DNA of 64,000 bases from Actinomycetota bacterium (GCA_023489275.1 JAMDDD010000004.1:27802-91801); one strand, 5' to 3'. Shown: positions 1-10,976, numbered from the stretch's first letter. The notes: a model not told the origin generated them from the sequence alone. A program made the numbers and translations.

Positions 1-227
1 TCATAGTTTCTGGGTAAGCTTCAGGCAGAATTTCCCGGAAATGGAATACCCATTTGACGCCGTTTGTAGAATCGCCTCAAGAGATTCTTCGTAACGAGGC
101 CGGGCGAAAAGGCTGCAGGCGCAGGATGAAGAGGCCCGCCGTCATATCTGCGGGCACGTCGAGGATTTGCTCCGGGGAAGCAGCTCGTGCCCCTTGCCGC
201 AGTGAAATGTAACTTCTGGGATAGATT

Positions 228-1889
228 CTAATGCCTCCCGGAGCGGAGGATGCCACCCACCAGCCACAGCCCAAAAAATCCGGAGATCATAAAGCCAAAC
301 AAGGCAAACACGGAAATGCCCAGCAAGCGGGGGCCTCCCTGGGCAAACAGCCCGATAATCGAGGAGCCCAGAATCAGTGAGGCAAGGACAATGGCTATTA
401 CCAACCGGTTTGTCAAAATTGTCAGCCGGCGTGAGAAATCTTCCAGGTTGCGATGCACAAAATTGATCCTGACGTCGCCGGTGCGCACCTGCTCCAGCGC
501 TTCGTGAACCTGGTAAGGGAAATCCATCAGCAGGCCCATGTAGTTTTGCGCTTCCCGGGCGCCGCGAGCCGCCAGGTTGGCCGGCGAGTAGCGCTTGCTG
601 ACAAATTCGCGCGCGTACGGCCGGGCAAACTCGAGCACGTTAAACGACGGGTATAGCTGGCTGGTGATCCCTTCCAGAGTGGCGATGGCCTTGTCCAGGA
701 GCAGGTATTGCGTCGGCAGCTTCAGCTTCAGCCGGAAGATCGCCCCAAAGATATCGCGAAACACCGACACCGGCTCCAGCTCGCTCAGCCGGGCGTTGAA
801 ATATTTGGCGAACAGGTCTCTCAGCTCGCTGACGAACTGGGGCTCCAGCTCCCGCGGGAACTCCACTCCCAGCGCCTCCAGCCGCCGCGGAATTTTTTCA
901 ACCTTCTGATTTGTGATATCCACGAACAGGCTGATAACATTCTGGCGGTCATCCGCCGTGAGGATGCCGGTGATACCGAAATCAACCAAGCCGATGGTGC
1001 CGTCCCGGGCCACCAGGATGTTCGCCGGATGCGGATCCCCGTGAAAAAAACCGTGAATAAATACCTGCTTGAGCCAGCAATCCGCGATCAACGCCGCCAG
1101 CGCCCGGCGCTCTGACATTGTCATATTTTTAGTATCAAGGTCAACCAGCTGGACCCCTTCCAGGTATTCGAGGGTCAGCACCCGGGCGGTGCTGTACTGC
1201 CAGTAAACCTTGGGGATGTGAACGGAGCGGTCCAGATCAAACAGCTGGGCAAACCGCTCGGCGTTGCGCGCCTCGATCCGGTAATCCAGCTCGTTGCGGA
1301 TGCCCCGGGCGAACTGATCGACGACGCCGACCGGATCGACCAGGATCTCCTGCCGCGTATGGTCGCTGAGCAGATGAGCGAACTGGTACAGCATGTCGAT
1401 GTCCGCCTTCACCTGGCCTTCGGCGTCAGGCCGCTGCACCTTGACGATCACCCGGTCGCCGTTGGGGAGCACCGCCCGGTGCACCTGGCCGATGGAGGCG
1501 GCCGCGATCGGCGTTTCATCGAACTCGAGAAAGAGCTGCCTGACGGTCAGCTTCAGCTCCGATTCGATCGTTTGATACGCCTGCTCAACCGGGAAGGGGC
1601 GCACCTCGTCCTGCAGCCTGCGGAGCTCTATCAGGATGTCTTCCGGAACCACATCGGGCCGGGTGCTGAGCAGCTGGCCGAATTTGATGAAGGTGGGACC
1701 CATCTCCTCCAGCATCATCCGGATATGCAGGCCGCGCCGGCCCGGGTGCCTTTCCCGGGGCTCCCGGTGGAGGCGCGGCATCAGGTTGCGAAGGTTGTGC
1801 CGCTCGAAGAAGTAGCCAAAACCGTGCTTGACCGCGATCTCGGTGATCTGCCGCATGCGGTCAACGTTTCTGACGCTGGAAAGCTTCAT
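228..1889 (-). CDS. UbiB/ABC1 (AarF) family atypical kinase-like protein
   Basis: 553-aa ORF; ABC1/UbiB kinase-like motifs (FIKFGQLLSTRPDV, IAAASIGQVHRAVL, HGDPHPANILV) and two C-terminal hydrophobic helices. Confidence 0.8.
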   Translation of the reverse strand: MKLSSVRNVDRMRQITEIAVKHGFGYFFERHNLRNLMPRLHREPRERHPGRRGLHIRMMLEEMGPTFIKFGQLLSTRPDVVPEDILIELRRLQDEVRPFPVEQAYQTIESELKLTVRQLFLEFDETPIAAASIGQVHRAVLPNGDRVIVKVQRPDAEGQVKADIDMLYQFAHLLSDHTRQEILVDPVGVVDQFARGIRNELDYRIEARNAERFAQLFDLDRSVHIPKVYWQYSTARVLTLEYLEGVQLVDLDTKNMTMSERRALAALIADCWLKQVFIHGFFHGDPHPANILVARDGTIGLVDFGITGILTADDRQNVISLFVDITNQKVEKIPRRLEALGVEFPRELEPQFVSELRDLFAKYFNARLSELEPVSVFRDIFGAIFRLKLKLPTQYLLLDKAIATLEGITSQLYPSFNVLEFARPYAREFVSKRYSPANLAARGAREAQNYMGLLMDFPYQVHEALEQVRTGDVRINFVHRNLEDFSRRLTILTNRLVIAIVLASLILGSSIIGLFAQGGPRLLGISVFALFGFMISGFFGLWLVGGILRSGRH

Positions 1890-2022
1890 TGGGTCAAAGT
1901 TCCAAGTTCAAAGTTCCAAGTAACCGGTTTGAACCGAAAAACCGTTATCTTAAGGCGAAACCGAAAGATCTCGATAAAACCGGGATTCTTCGGCACTTGA
2001 GGCGGCAAAGAATGACAATTTG

Positions 2023-2406
2023 CTATTCAGCTTTTTTGTTCTCATTTACAGCTTGCGTTTCCGGCTGTTCGAGCAGCGACAGGCGGTGCTCCAGCTGCGC
2101 CAGCTTCAGCTCCATTTCTTCCATCTGCTCCACCGTCGCCAGCCCCATGTCCCGGAAAGTCCGCTGCAGGCTGGCGTCGATCCGGCTGCGGGCGGCGCGG
2201 GTCTCGTCCCGGGCCCGTTCGAGCAGCTCGCCGGCGGCCTCCCGCCCCTGCTCGGAAGTCTTCTGGCCCCGACCCATGAAGTCCGCCGTCAGGGCTTCGG
2301 CAAAATCACGCGAGAGCGAAGCGGCGCCGATCGTAAGTAAAATGCTTCGTTCTAACAGGTTTGGCATCTTAATCGCCTCCGTGTTCTTGAGGAATGGCAT
2401 TTGCAC
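2023..2406 (-). CDS. phasin-like / COG3937 coiled-coil protein (PHA-granule-associated-like)
   Basis: 127-aa ORF; LLERSILLTIGAASLSRDFAEAL then a heptad-rich coiled coil, resembling the phasin/COG3937 family; start uncertain (alternative Met 13 residues in). Confidence 0.45.
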   Translation of the reverse strand: MQMPFLKNTEAIKMPNLLERSILLTIGAASLSRDFAEALTADFMGRGQKTSEQGREAAGELLERARDETRAARSRIDASLQRTFRDMGLATVEQMEEMELKLAQLEHRLSLLEQPETQAVNENKKAE

Positions 2407-2628
2407 CTCGCAGATTAATAAATTAACGGCAGGGGTTCCAACAATGATTAGCTCGCGCGGCGTTTAGATTCTACCCTGGGCAGGCTTTCTTTACTCAGGC
2501 CGTCCGTGCCAACGGTCCTTGGCACGGGAAAAGCCTGTGCGGCGAAAAACTTCCGCTTTTAAGGCCTGTCGCAACCGGCAGTCCCGGTGCGGCCGCGGGG
2601 GACTGAGCCGCCTTCGCCGTTGAACCGC

Positions 2629-3573
2629 CTACTGGGATAAGCTCTTGGCTGTTTTCGCCTTCGCCTTCGCCTTGCCCTTGCCCTTGACCCTGACCGGCTG
2701 GGGACGGTAGCGCTTTTCCCGCTCCTTCCACATCGTCAGCAGCGGCGCGGCGACGAAGATTGACGAGTAGGCTCCGGAGGTGATGCCCACCAGCAGCGCG
2801 AAGGCGAAATCCTTGAGCGTCTCGCCGCCAAAGACCAGCAGGCAGGCCACCGGCAGCAGCGTCAGCAGCGTGGTGATAATTGACCGGGTCATGACCTCCC
2901 AGATGGAGCTGTTCACCATCTGGCCATAAAGTCCGCGCCGGGCTTTGGGAGAATTCTCCCGGATGCGGTCAAAGACAATAATGGTGTCATAGAGGGAGTA
3001 GCCGAGAATGGTCAGCACCGCGGCCACAGTGGCCGTAGTTACTTCCCGCCCCACAATCGAATAGACGCCGACCGTGACGAGCAGGTCATGGATGAGGGCG
3101 ACCAGCGTCGCTACCGCCGATTTGTACTCAAACCGGAAGGAGACATAGACAATGATGATTACCCATGCCAGAATCACCGCCTCCAGCATGGAGGTTGCCA
3201 CCTGGCGGCCAAAGGTAGGGCCGACGTCGTTCCATGACGCAGGCTCCGCCAGATGGAACCTGGCGTTGAGCGCGTTGTCGACGGCATCCTCCTGACTCGG
3301 CTGCAAGGAAGGAAGCGTCACCTGATAGTAGCCGCCACTAATTGTTTGCACCACCGCGCTGGGATATCCGGCGCCAGCGATGAGGCTGCGCACCTGGTTC
3401 ACATTTGTCTTCTGGCTAAACTTCGCGGTCAAACGGCTGCCGCCCTTGAAATCAATGCTGAGGTTGAGGCCGCGGGTGGCGAGGCTGATGAGCCCGGTGA
3501 TGATGATGATTCCGGAAAGGGCAAACCACCAGTACTTCCGGCCCATGAAGTCGAAGCGCAGTTTCTCGATCAT
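2629..3573 (-). CDS. secF: protein-export membrane protein SecF, with a C-terminal Lys/Ala-rich tail
   Basis: 314-aa ORF with SecF topology and motifs (FDFMGRKYWWFALSGIIIITG, LVALIHDLLVTVGVYSI); 4-bp overlap with secD; tail KGKGKAKAKAKTAKS encoded by a GCCTTC/GCCCTT hexamer repeat. Confidence 0.9.
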   Translation of the reverse strand: MIEKLRFDFMGRKYWWFALSGIIIITGLISLATRGLNLSIDFKGGSRLTAKFSQKTNVNQVRSLIAGAGYPSAVVQTISGGYYQVTLPSLQPSQEDAVDNALNARFHLAEPASWNDVGPTFGRQVATSMLEAVILAWVIIIVYVSFRFEYKSAVATLVALIHDLLVTVGVYSIVGREVTTATVAAVLTILGYSLYDTIIVFDRIRENSPKARRGLYGQMVNSSIWEVMTRSIITTLLTLLPVACLLVFGGETLKDFAFALLVGITSGAYSSIFVAAPLLTMWKEREKRYRPQPVRVKGKGKAKAKAKTAKSLSQ

Positions 3574-4976
3574 GACAGCTTAGCCTCCGGCTTCTTCATT
3601 TTGATGCCCATCAGCGTCGGGCTGTTGAAAATCCGCATGTTCGCCAGCAGTCCCAGCATCGCCCGCGTGGCGACGATGGCTGTGAACATGCTGATGACAA
3701 CACCAATAATCAGCGTCAGCGCAAATCCCTTGACGCCGGCGGTCGCCAGGCTGAAAATGATCAGGGCGGTGATGATGGTGACGGCGTTGGCGTCGAGGAT
3801 CGTCTTGAACCCCTTTGAATAGCCAGAGTTGACCGCGGAGCGAATGGTCTTGCCCAGGCGCACCTCTTCCTTGATCCGCTCAAAAATGACCACGTTGGCG
3901 TCCGCCGCCACGCCGACGGTGAGGACCATGCCGGCGATGCCCGGCAGCGTCAGCGTTGCCGGGTGCCACGGGTTGGTGAGCGCCGCGTAGAACATGACTC
4001 CGTAAATGATCAGCGCCAGATCGGCGACAACCCCGAGCAGGCGGTAATAAAAAATGAGAAAGGCCATCACGATCGCCAGCCCGACCGCGCCGGCGATGAG
4101 GCCCTGGCGCAGCGAAGCCGCCCCGAGGGTGGCGCTGACTTCCTGTTTTTGAATCGTCTGGAGCGTCACCGGGAGAGCGCCGGTTTGCAGCACCAGCACG
4201 GTATTCTTGACTTCCTGCAGAGACATGTTGCCGGTAATCTCCGCCTGCCCTCCGGTAATCTTCTCCTTCACCGTCGGCGCCGACTCCACCTCGCCGTCCA
4301 GCACGATCGCCATCCGCTGCGTCTGGCCGGTGATGGCTCCCTCGGTTGCCAGTTTGTCTGTTACGTCCGCGAACTGCTGGGCTCCCTTGCTGTTGAAGCT
4401 CATATTTACCTGGGGCCGGTTAAAACTGTCATAGCCGACAGAGGCGTTATCAAGAGCACCGCCTGTCATCAGTGGTGTCTTGTCAACCACGATCGGCGTT
4501 TCCTCTTCCTTGCCGTTCTTTTTCTGGATGTTGCCGTTGCTGTCCCGCACCGGCTGGAAGAGCAGCTGCTTGTCGGCCGGGATTTTGGCAGGCGTGAGCG
4601 TCCCCGCCAGAACCTGAGAGGTCAGGTTCTGGTCTACCCGCTGGAACGTCAGCTGCGCCGTCTTGCCGATCAATGCCAGCGCCTGAGCCTGATTCTTTAC
4701 GCCCGGCAGGGCAACTGAAATCTCGTTCTTGTTTTCCGTGCTGATCGAAGGCTCAGAAATTCCCAGTTTGTCAACACGGTTGCGGATGACCATCTCGGCC
4801 TGGTCCATCTGTTCGCTGGTCACATTGCCCTTGGCCTGGAGAGTTACCTCCAGCCCGCCCTGCAGATCGAGACCGAGCTTGGTTTTCTTGGCGGGAGGAT
4901 AAATAATGAAAACCGAAATGCCCAGCAGGACCACCATGATCCCGAGTATGAGAAGATTTCTTTTCTTATCGCTCAA
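3570..4976 (-). CDS. secD: protein translocase subunit SecD
   Basis: 468-aa ORF; N-terminal TM, large periplasmic domain, C-terminal six-TM SecD/SecF core (LGLDLQGGLEVTLQA); TTG start preceded by an in-frame stop. Confidence 0.9.
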   Translation of the reverse strand: MSDKKRNLLILGIMVVLLGISVFIIYPPAKKTKLGLDLQGGLEVTLQAKGNVTSEQMDQAEMVIRNRVDKLGISEPSISTENKNEISVALPGVKNQAQALALIGKTAQLTFQRVDQNLTSQVLAGTLTPAKIPADKQLLFQPVRDSNGNIQKKNGKEEETPIVVDKTPLMTGGALDNASVGYDSFNRPQVNMSFNSKGAQQFADVTDKLATEGAITGQTQRMAIVLDGEVESAPTVKEKITGGQAEITGNMSLQEVKNTVLVLQTGALPVTLQTIQKQEVSATLGAASLRQGLIAGAVGLAIVMAFLIFYYRLLGVVADLALIIYGVMFYAALTNPWHPATLTLPGIAGMVLTVGVAADANVVIFERIKEEVRLGKTIRSAVNSGYSKGFKTILDANAVTIITALIIFSLATAGVKGFALTLIIGVVISMFTAIVATRAMLGLLANMRIFNSPTLMGIKMKKPEAKLS

Positions 4977-5165
4977 ATTTTACCTGCATAGACCCCAAAA
5001 AACAGGCCCCCGTTAGTGGCCTTAAAGAAAGCATAGGCCAAAACACGCGGGGAGTCAAAAGCTTCCCGCCGGCTTCTTGCCGCAAACGGAGGCCCGATTG
5101 GTCCTGACCAGCCGGTGCTCGAGTTGCTTTACAGTTTCTGGCTGCTGGTTTCCGGTTTTCGCTCC

Positions 5166-5531
5166 CTAAGCCTCTGCTTCCGGCTCCTCTGATTCGGCCT
5201 CGGCCGCGACCTCCCGCCGGGAAATCGATCCGCGCGAGACCTTGATCTCCGTCTTCTTGGCTATCTCCAGGATGACGTAATCGTCCTTGACCTGCTTGAT
5301 CGTACCGTAAATCCCTCCGGCGGTCATGACGGTATCGCCTTTGTTAAGATCCTGCACCAGACGGTCGTGCTCTTTTCTCTGCTTTTGGCTTGGCCGGATC
5401 AGCAGCAGATAAAAAACGATGATGAAAAGCACGAAAATGCCCATCGTCAGGATGCCGCTGCTGAGGCCGCTGCTTGACTGTGCCAGTACATGAGGGCTTG
5501 TGAAGATCAAGTGGGCTCCTTTCCCTAGCAA
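5166..5531 (-). CDS. yajC: preprotein translocase subunit YajC
   Basis: LLLIRPSQKQRKEHDRLVQDLNKGDTVMTAGGIYGTIKQV matches YajC; the real start may be the internal Met at 5444 (MGIFVLFII). Confidence 0.8.
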   Translation of the reverse strand: MLGKGAHLIFTSPHVLAQSSSGLSSGILTMGIFVLFIIVFYLLLIRPSQKQRKEHDRLVQDLNKGDTVMTAGGIYGTIKQVKDDYVILEIAKKTEIKVSRGSISRREVAAEAESEEPEAEA

Positions 5532-5550
5532 TTTCGTTTAACGTTTAATG

Positions 5551-6693
<1,143 letters not shown>

Positions 6694-6802
6694 TCATTCG
6701 CCTCCGGTCCAGGATGACAGGCAGGCATTATTATTATATGTCATCATAATTGTCAACACTTGAGATCAAAACCGGTCGCCGGGTTTCAAGATTCATCACG
6801 TC

Positions 6803-7693
6803 ATGCTAGAATCATCGCGGATGCGACCCCTTCGTAGCAAGAAATTCTTAACCCTCCTCGTCTTCGTAGTTGCCGGACTTGGCTTCTCCACAGCCGTTCT
6901 CGCCAGCAACGGCCCGCCGCCGCCCGCGAAAGCGTCCCCCCGGACCGCCCACCGCCTTGTTGCCGCCGCCCCGAAACCAGCAGCAAAATCCATCCCCAGC
7001 AGCCGCAGGTTCGCCGTCATCATTGGCATTGATTATGACCATTATGACTTTGGGGCGGTCAGGTACGCGGATCATGACGCCGCCTCGGTCTACCAGATGC
7101 TGACCACCGAGATGGGCTTCCCCCGGCAGAATATCGCTTACCTGATAAACGGCCAGGCTACAGGAGCAAATATCATCAGCGCTCTCAACTGGATTTCAAC
7201 CAACCCGGCCGCAGTCTCCGGCTCGGAGGTCGTCTTTTTCTATAGCGGTCACGGCCTCCGGAACGGCCCCGGCGACGGGCTTGACATCCCGGGCCTTTCT
7301 CCCGGTTATGCGCTGGTGCCGTTTGATTTTTACAACTTCAACTACATGACCGGAGCGGGCCTGATCTGGGACTGGGACGTCGCCGCCCGCTTGGGGAAGA
7401 TCCACCCGGCGAAGATGTGGGTCTCTTTCGACAGCTGCTTTTCCGGCGGTTTTATCCGTCCCGGCATCACCGGGCCCAACCGGGTCGTTACCGCTTCCAG
7501 CCAGGCCGACCAGCTTTCCAATGAACTGCCGCAGGCCCAGCATGGCGTCTTTTCCAATTTCATGGACGACAGCGTCGCCCTGGGGATGTCGGTGGAGCAG
7601 GCGTATCTTGAGGCCTATCCCCGCTCCCTCCCGTACTCGCAGACGCCGCAGATCTCGGACGAATATCCCGGCGGCCTTCAGCTGGGTCCGTAG
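6803..7693 (+). CDS. secreted caspase-family (peptidase C14-like) cysteine peptidase
   Basis: 296 aa; N-terminal signal peptide (KKFLTLLVFVVAGLGFSTAVLA); catalytic His motif FFYSGHG and Cys motif SFDSCFSGG in the order and spacing of the caspase/metacaspase dyad; opposite strand to the flanking que/sec genes. Confidence 0.6.
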   Translation: MLESSRMRPLRSKKFLTLLVFVVAGLGFSTAVLASNGPPPPAKASPRTAHRLVAAAPKPAAKSIPSSRRFAVIIGIDYDHYDFGAVRYADHDAASVYQMLTTEMGFPRQNIAYLINGQATGANIISALNWISTNPAAVSGSEVVFFYSGHGLRNGPGDGLDIPGLSPGYALVPFDFYNFNYMTGAGLIWDWDVAARLGKIHPAKMWVSFDSCFSGGFIRPGITGPNRVVTASSQADQLSNELPQAQHGVFSNFMDDSVALGMSVEQAYLEAYPRSLPYSQTPQISDEYPGGLQLGP

Positions 7694-7797
7694 CCGTCAA
7701 CCGGCCGGCGATTGCCGGTATCAGTCCATGATTTGACGGACCAGGAGACTTCACCGGCGGCGGAGGCGGCAATCAGGCAGCTGTCAGTCCGGCCGCT

Positions 7798-8835
7798 TCA
7801 TAGCGCCAGCATCGCGTCGCCAAAGCTGAAAAAGCGGTACTCCCGCGCGACTGCCTCACGGTACAGGCGCCGGGTCTGATCGACGCCGGCAAAGGCCATC
7901 ACCATCGCCAGCAGCGTCGACCTGGGCAGATGGAAATTGGTCAGCAGCCCGTCCACGGACCGGAATTTAAATCCCGGCGTGATAAACAGGCCGGTCTCAC
8001 CCTCAAGCGCCGCGGACTCCGGGCCAAAGACGGTCTCCAGAACCCGTGCCGATGTGGTCCCGACGGCGATGACCCTGCCGCCGCGATTTCTTGCCGCCAG
8101 CGCTTGTTCGTAGGTCTCCTGCGGCACCCGGTAATATTCGCGGTGGATTTGATGCCTGGCCAGATTCGCTTCTCCCACCGGCCGGAAGGTATCAAGCCCG
8201 ATGTGAAGCGTGACGGGCGCCATCGCGGCCCCCGCCGCCTTTATGTCATTAATCAGCTTTAAAGTAAAGTGCAGCCCGGCGGTCGGGGCGGCGGCCGACC
8301 CGGGCCTGGCGGCGTAAACGGTCTGGTAGCGCTCCGGATCGGTCAGCTTCTCCTTGATGTAGGGCGGCAGCGGCGTCTCGCCCGCCTGTTCCAGAACGTC
8401 CGCGGTCGCCGCCCGGCTGGCGTTGGCGATCAGCCAGCGGCCGCCGCCGAGCCGGTCCTGCAGGACAAAGGGATAGCCGGAGCCCCCGGCGGTCGTTTCC
8501 GGGCCGCCGGCGGTCACGACCATTCCTGGCTTCAGGCGCGCCGAAGGTTTAACCAGCGCCTCCCAGATGCGCGCCTGCCGCCGCTTCAGCAGCAAGAGCT
8601 CTACCCGGCCGCCGGTCGGCTTAAAGGCAAGGACGCGCGCCTTGATCACCCGGGAGTCGTTAAAGACGAGCAGGTCTCCCGGACCCAGGAGGCCGGGCAG
8701 CTCCGTCAGGCGCCGGTGTGTTATCCTGCCGGAAAGCCGGTCATACGCCAGCAGCCGGCTGCTATCGCGCGGAGTCAGGGGGCGCTGGGCGATAAGACGC
8801 CCGGGCAGATTGAAATCAAGCTCGCTGGTAAGCAC
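7798..8835 (-). CDS. queA: S-adenosylmethionine:tRNA ribosyltransferase-isomerase
   Basis: 345 aa; QueA-like along the whole length (LLVFNDSRVIKARV, GTTSARVLE); sits next to tgt as in the classical queA-tgt-yajC-secDF operon. Confidence 0.9.
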   Translation of the reverse strand: MLTSELDFNLPGRLIAQRPLTPRDSSRLLAYDRLSGRITHRRLTELPGLLGPGDLLVFNDSRVIKARVLAFKPTGGRVELLLLKRRQARIWEALVKPSARLKPGMVVTAGGPETTAGGSGYPFVLQDRLGGGRWLIANASRAATADVLEQAGETPLPPYIKEKLTDPERYQTVYAARPGSAAAPTAGLHFTLKLINDIKAAGAAMAPVTLHIGLDTFRPVGEANLARHQIHREYYRVPQETYEQALAARNRGGRVIAVGTTSARVLETVFGPESAALEGETGLFITPGFKFRSVDGLLTNFHLPRSTLLAMVMAFAGVDQTRRLYREAVAREYRFFSFGDAMLAL

Positions 8836-8845
8836 GGCCGTGGCT

Positions 8846-9406
8846 TTAAGAGTTCTTTTTCAGGCGGGAAGCGCGGCTCAAAGCGGCCTCTGCCTCGCTG
8901 TAGATACAGCCGCAGTACTTCTGCCGGTAAAGCCCGGCGGCGCGGGAAAGCTCGATGCTGCGCCGGTACTTCGGCCTGAGGTCGCGGTAGGCAAACTCGA
9001 CGTCCGCCTCCCGGGCGGCTCGCTCGGCTTCCTGAATGACAATCTCATGCTCCTGATAGGGGCTGATCAGGAGGCTGGTGCTGAAGGCGTCGAAGCCGCC
9101 GGCTGATGCCATCTGCGCGACATGCTCCAGGCGCTGGGAGATGCAAAGCCGGCAGCGATCCGGTTTGGCGTCATTTGCTGAGACCATCCGGAGCCAGGCA
9201 GCAACATCATATTCGGGCTCGCCGGCCAGCGGCAGCTCGATCTTGCTGGCATACGCCAGCAGGGTATCGTAACGGCGCTGATGCTCGTAATAGGGCTGGA
9301 TATTCGGGTTGAAGTAAACTCCGGTAACCTGGGCGCCATCGAGCCGCCAGGCGTCAACCGTGGCGGTGGCGCAGGGAGCGCAGCAGATGTGAAGCAGCAG
9401 ATCCAA
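8846..9406 (-). CDS. queH: epoxyqueuosine reductase QueH (DUF208)
   Basis: 186 aa; HICCAPC motif plus a C-terminal CGC cysteine pair typical of QueH; adjacent to queA. Confidence 0.75.
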   Translation of the reverse strand: MDLLLHICCAPCATATVDAWRLDGAQVTGVYFNPNIQPYYEHQRRYDTLLAYASKIELPLAGEPEYDVAAWLRMVSANDAKPDRCRLCISQRLEHVAQMASAGGFDAFSTSLLISPYQEHEIVIQEAERAAREADVEFAYRDLRPKYRRSIELSRAAGLYRQKYCGCIYSEAEAALSRASRLKKNS

Positions 9407-9487
9407 CGTTTAATGTATGATGTCCCGGGAATGGAGTCTCCCGTCGAGCTTACCAGACCCCGGTTTACATTTTAAGAGCCCAATCCG

Positions 9488-9526
9488 GGTTTGGTTTTAT
9501 CCACCATCCACCATCCGCTTTTTGAC
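9488..9526. repeat. GGTTTGGTTTTATCC-(CACCATCC)n element upstream of the DUF3048 gene
   Basis: ggtttggttttatccaccatccaccatccgc; related copies at 19712-19755 and 58586-58630. Confidence 0.5.
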
Positions 9527-9708
9527 TTTTCCCAACGGGTCGGTTACGCTCTGGTGGCTTTGAACGCCCCGGAAAAGAAACACCCCTGAACTCCTCGCGC
9601 AACAAATGGATCGCCGCCGGACTGATCGGCTTACTGCTGCTATCGGCGGTCTTCCTTGGCTGGGCCATCTGGCATTCACGGCAGCGGCAACCGGCCGCCC
9701 CGGCGACC

Positions 9709-10668
9709 GTGGCCCAGACGCAGACCGCGTCGTCACCACCACCGCCGCCGCCCGTGTATAAATGCCCGCTGGACGGAACCACCCAGACCGACAGGAACAG
9801 GACGATGAACCGGCCCATCGTAATTCAGATCGATAACGCGCCGGCAGCCCGCCCCCAGTCAGGCTTGAGCAAAGCCGACATCGTCTACGAGGAAATGGCG
9901 GAAGGACAGATCACCCGCTACAACGCTATTTTCGCCTGCCGCAATGTCGACACGGTTGGACCGGTGCGCAGCGCCAGGCTGATTGATCTGGAGCTGGCGC
10001 CGGAGTACCAGGCGCTCCTGTCAAACTCGGGCGCAAGCTCCGGCACCGCTGCCGCGCTGAAGGCGGCTTCGGCAGACGTCCCCAATCTCGATGACGCCAC
10101 GGTCCCGTCGGCATACCGCCGCTCCAGTGACCGCTACGCCCCTCATAACCTGTATCTGAACACGGCAAAATTAAGGACAGCCGCCGGCAGCATGGGACTG
10201 TCCCTTCAGGTTGCCATCAACGGCCCGCAGTTCAAACCTGACTCCCCGGCGCCCGCGCAGGGGCAGGTAAATAACATTCACGTCGACTATTCTCCCTACG
10301 CCGACGTCACTTTTAACTATGACGCCGGCAGCAATACCTGGCTTCGATCGGTTGACGGATCACCCGATGTTGATGCCCTCACGGGAACGCAGATCGCGCC
10401 CAAGAATGTCATCATTCAGTACGTTAACGTCACTACCAGCAATATTGTCGAGGATGAGAACGGCAACCGGGGACTGGAATTCGCGATGACCGGTAGCGGC
10501 AAGGTCGAAATCTTCCGCGATGGTCAGGCCATCAGCGGCCAGTGGCAGCGGGCGGCAAAAAGTGCCGTGACTACTTATGCCGACGCCAGCGGCGCCGTTA
10601 TCCCCCTGGATGTGGGCCAGACCTGGATCGAGGTCGTGCCGTTAGATTTCCAGGCCAGCTGGAAGTAA
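9709..10668 (+). CDS. DUF3048 domain protein (YerB-like putative lipoprotein)
   Basis: IVIQIDNAPAARPQSGLSKADIVYEEMAEGQITRYNAIFA and the rest match DUF3048; the GTG-started ORF lacks a signal peptide, while a perfect signal-anchor (KWIAAGLIGLLLLSAVFLGWAIW) lies in-frame upstream from 9604 with no canonical start. Confidence 0.7.
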   Translation: MAQTQTASSPPPPPPVYKCPLDGTTQTDRNRTMNRPIVIQIDNAPAARPQSGLSKADIVYEEMAEGQITRYNAIFACRNVDTVGPVRSARLIDLELAPEYQALLSNSGASSGTAAALKAASADVPNLDDATVPSAYRRSSDRYAPHNLYLNTAKLRTAAGSMGLSLQVAINGPQFKPDSPAPAQGQVNNIHVDYSPYADVTFNYDAGSNTWLRSVDGSPDVDALTGTQIAPKNVIIQYVNVTTSNIVEDENGNRGLEFAMTGSGKVEIFRDGQAISGQWQRAAKSAVTTYADASGAVIPLDVGQTWIEVVPLDFQASWK

Positions 10669-10976
10669 CGGTTCTTTAAGCGACCGTCTCCCGACCAGTC
10701 CGCCAACTAATCGCGATCCTATTTTCCCCCGGTTTTTTTGCTAGTAACGACAGGGATATTTTCGACTTGCCAAGCGGTGGGCGGAATATTTGACAAGGTC
10801 CCGGCTATCTTGACGGCCGGCGCCGGCCGCCAGTTACGGAAGTGGATGTTCCCCGGGCGCTTCCACGACTGGCGCCGATCTGGGCTTGTTCGCCCTGGCC
10901 GTTGCCGCACTGCTTGGAATTGGGTACTTTCTCACCAGGCGGTCGAAGGCTTAGCCATGCTTCCCGGCAGTGGAGA

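Noticed and set aside
1-227. Possible gene fragment at the window start
   Set aside because: Only short open frames (<35 codons) bounded by stops; the ORF-track 65-aa frame overlaps the ubiB 3' end and has no conserved features
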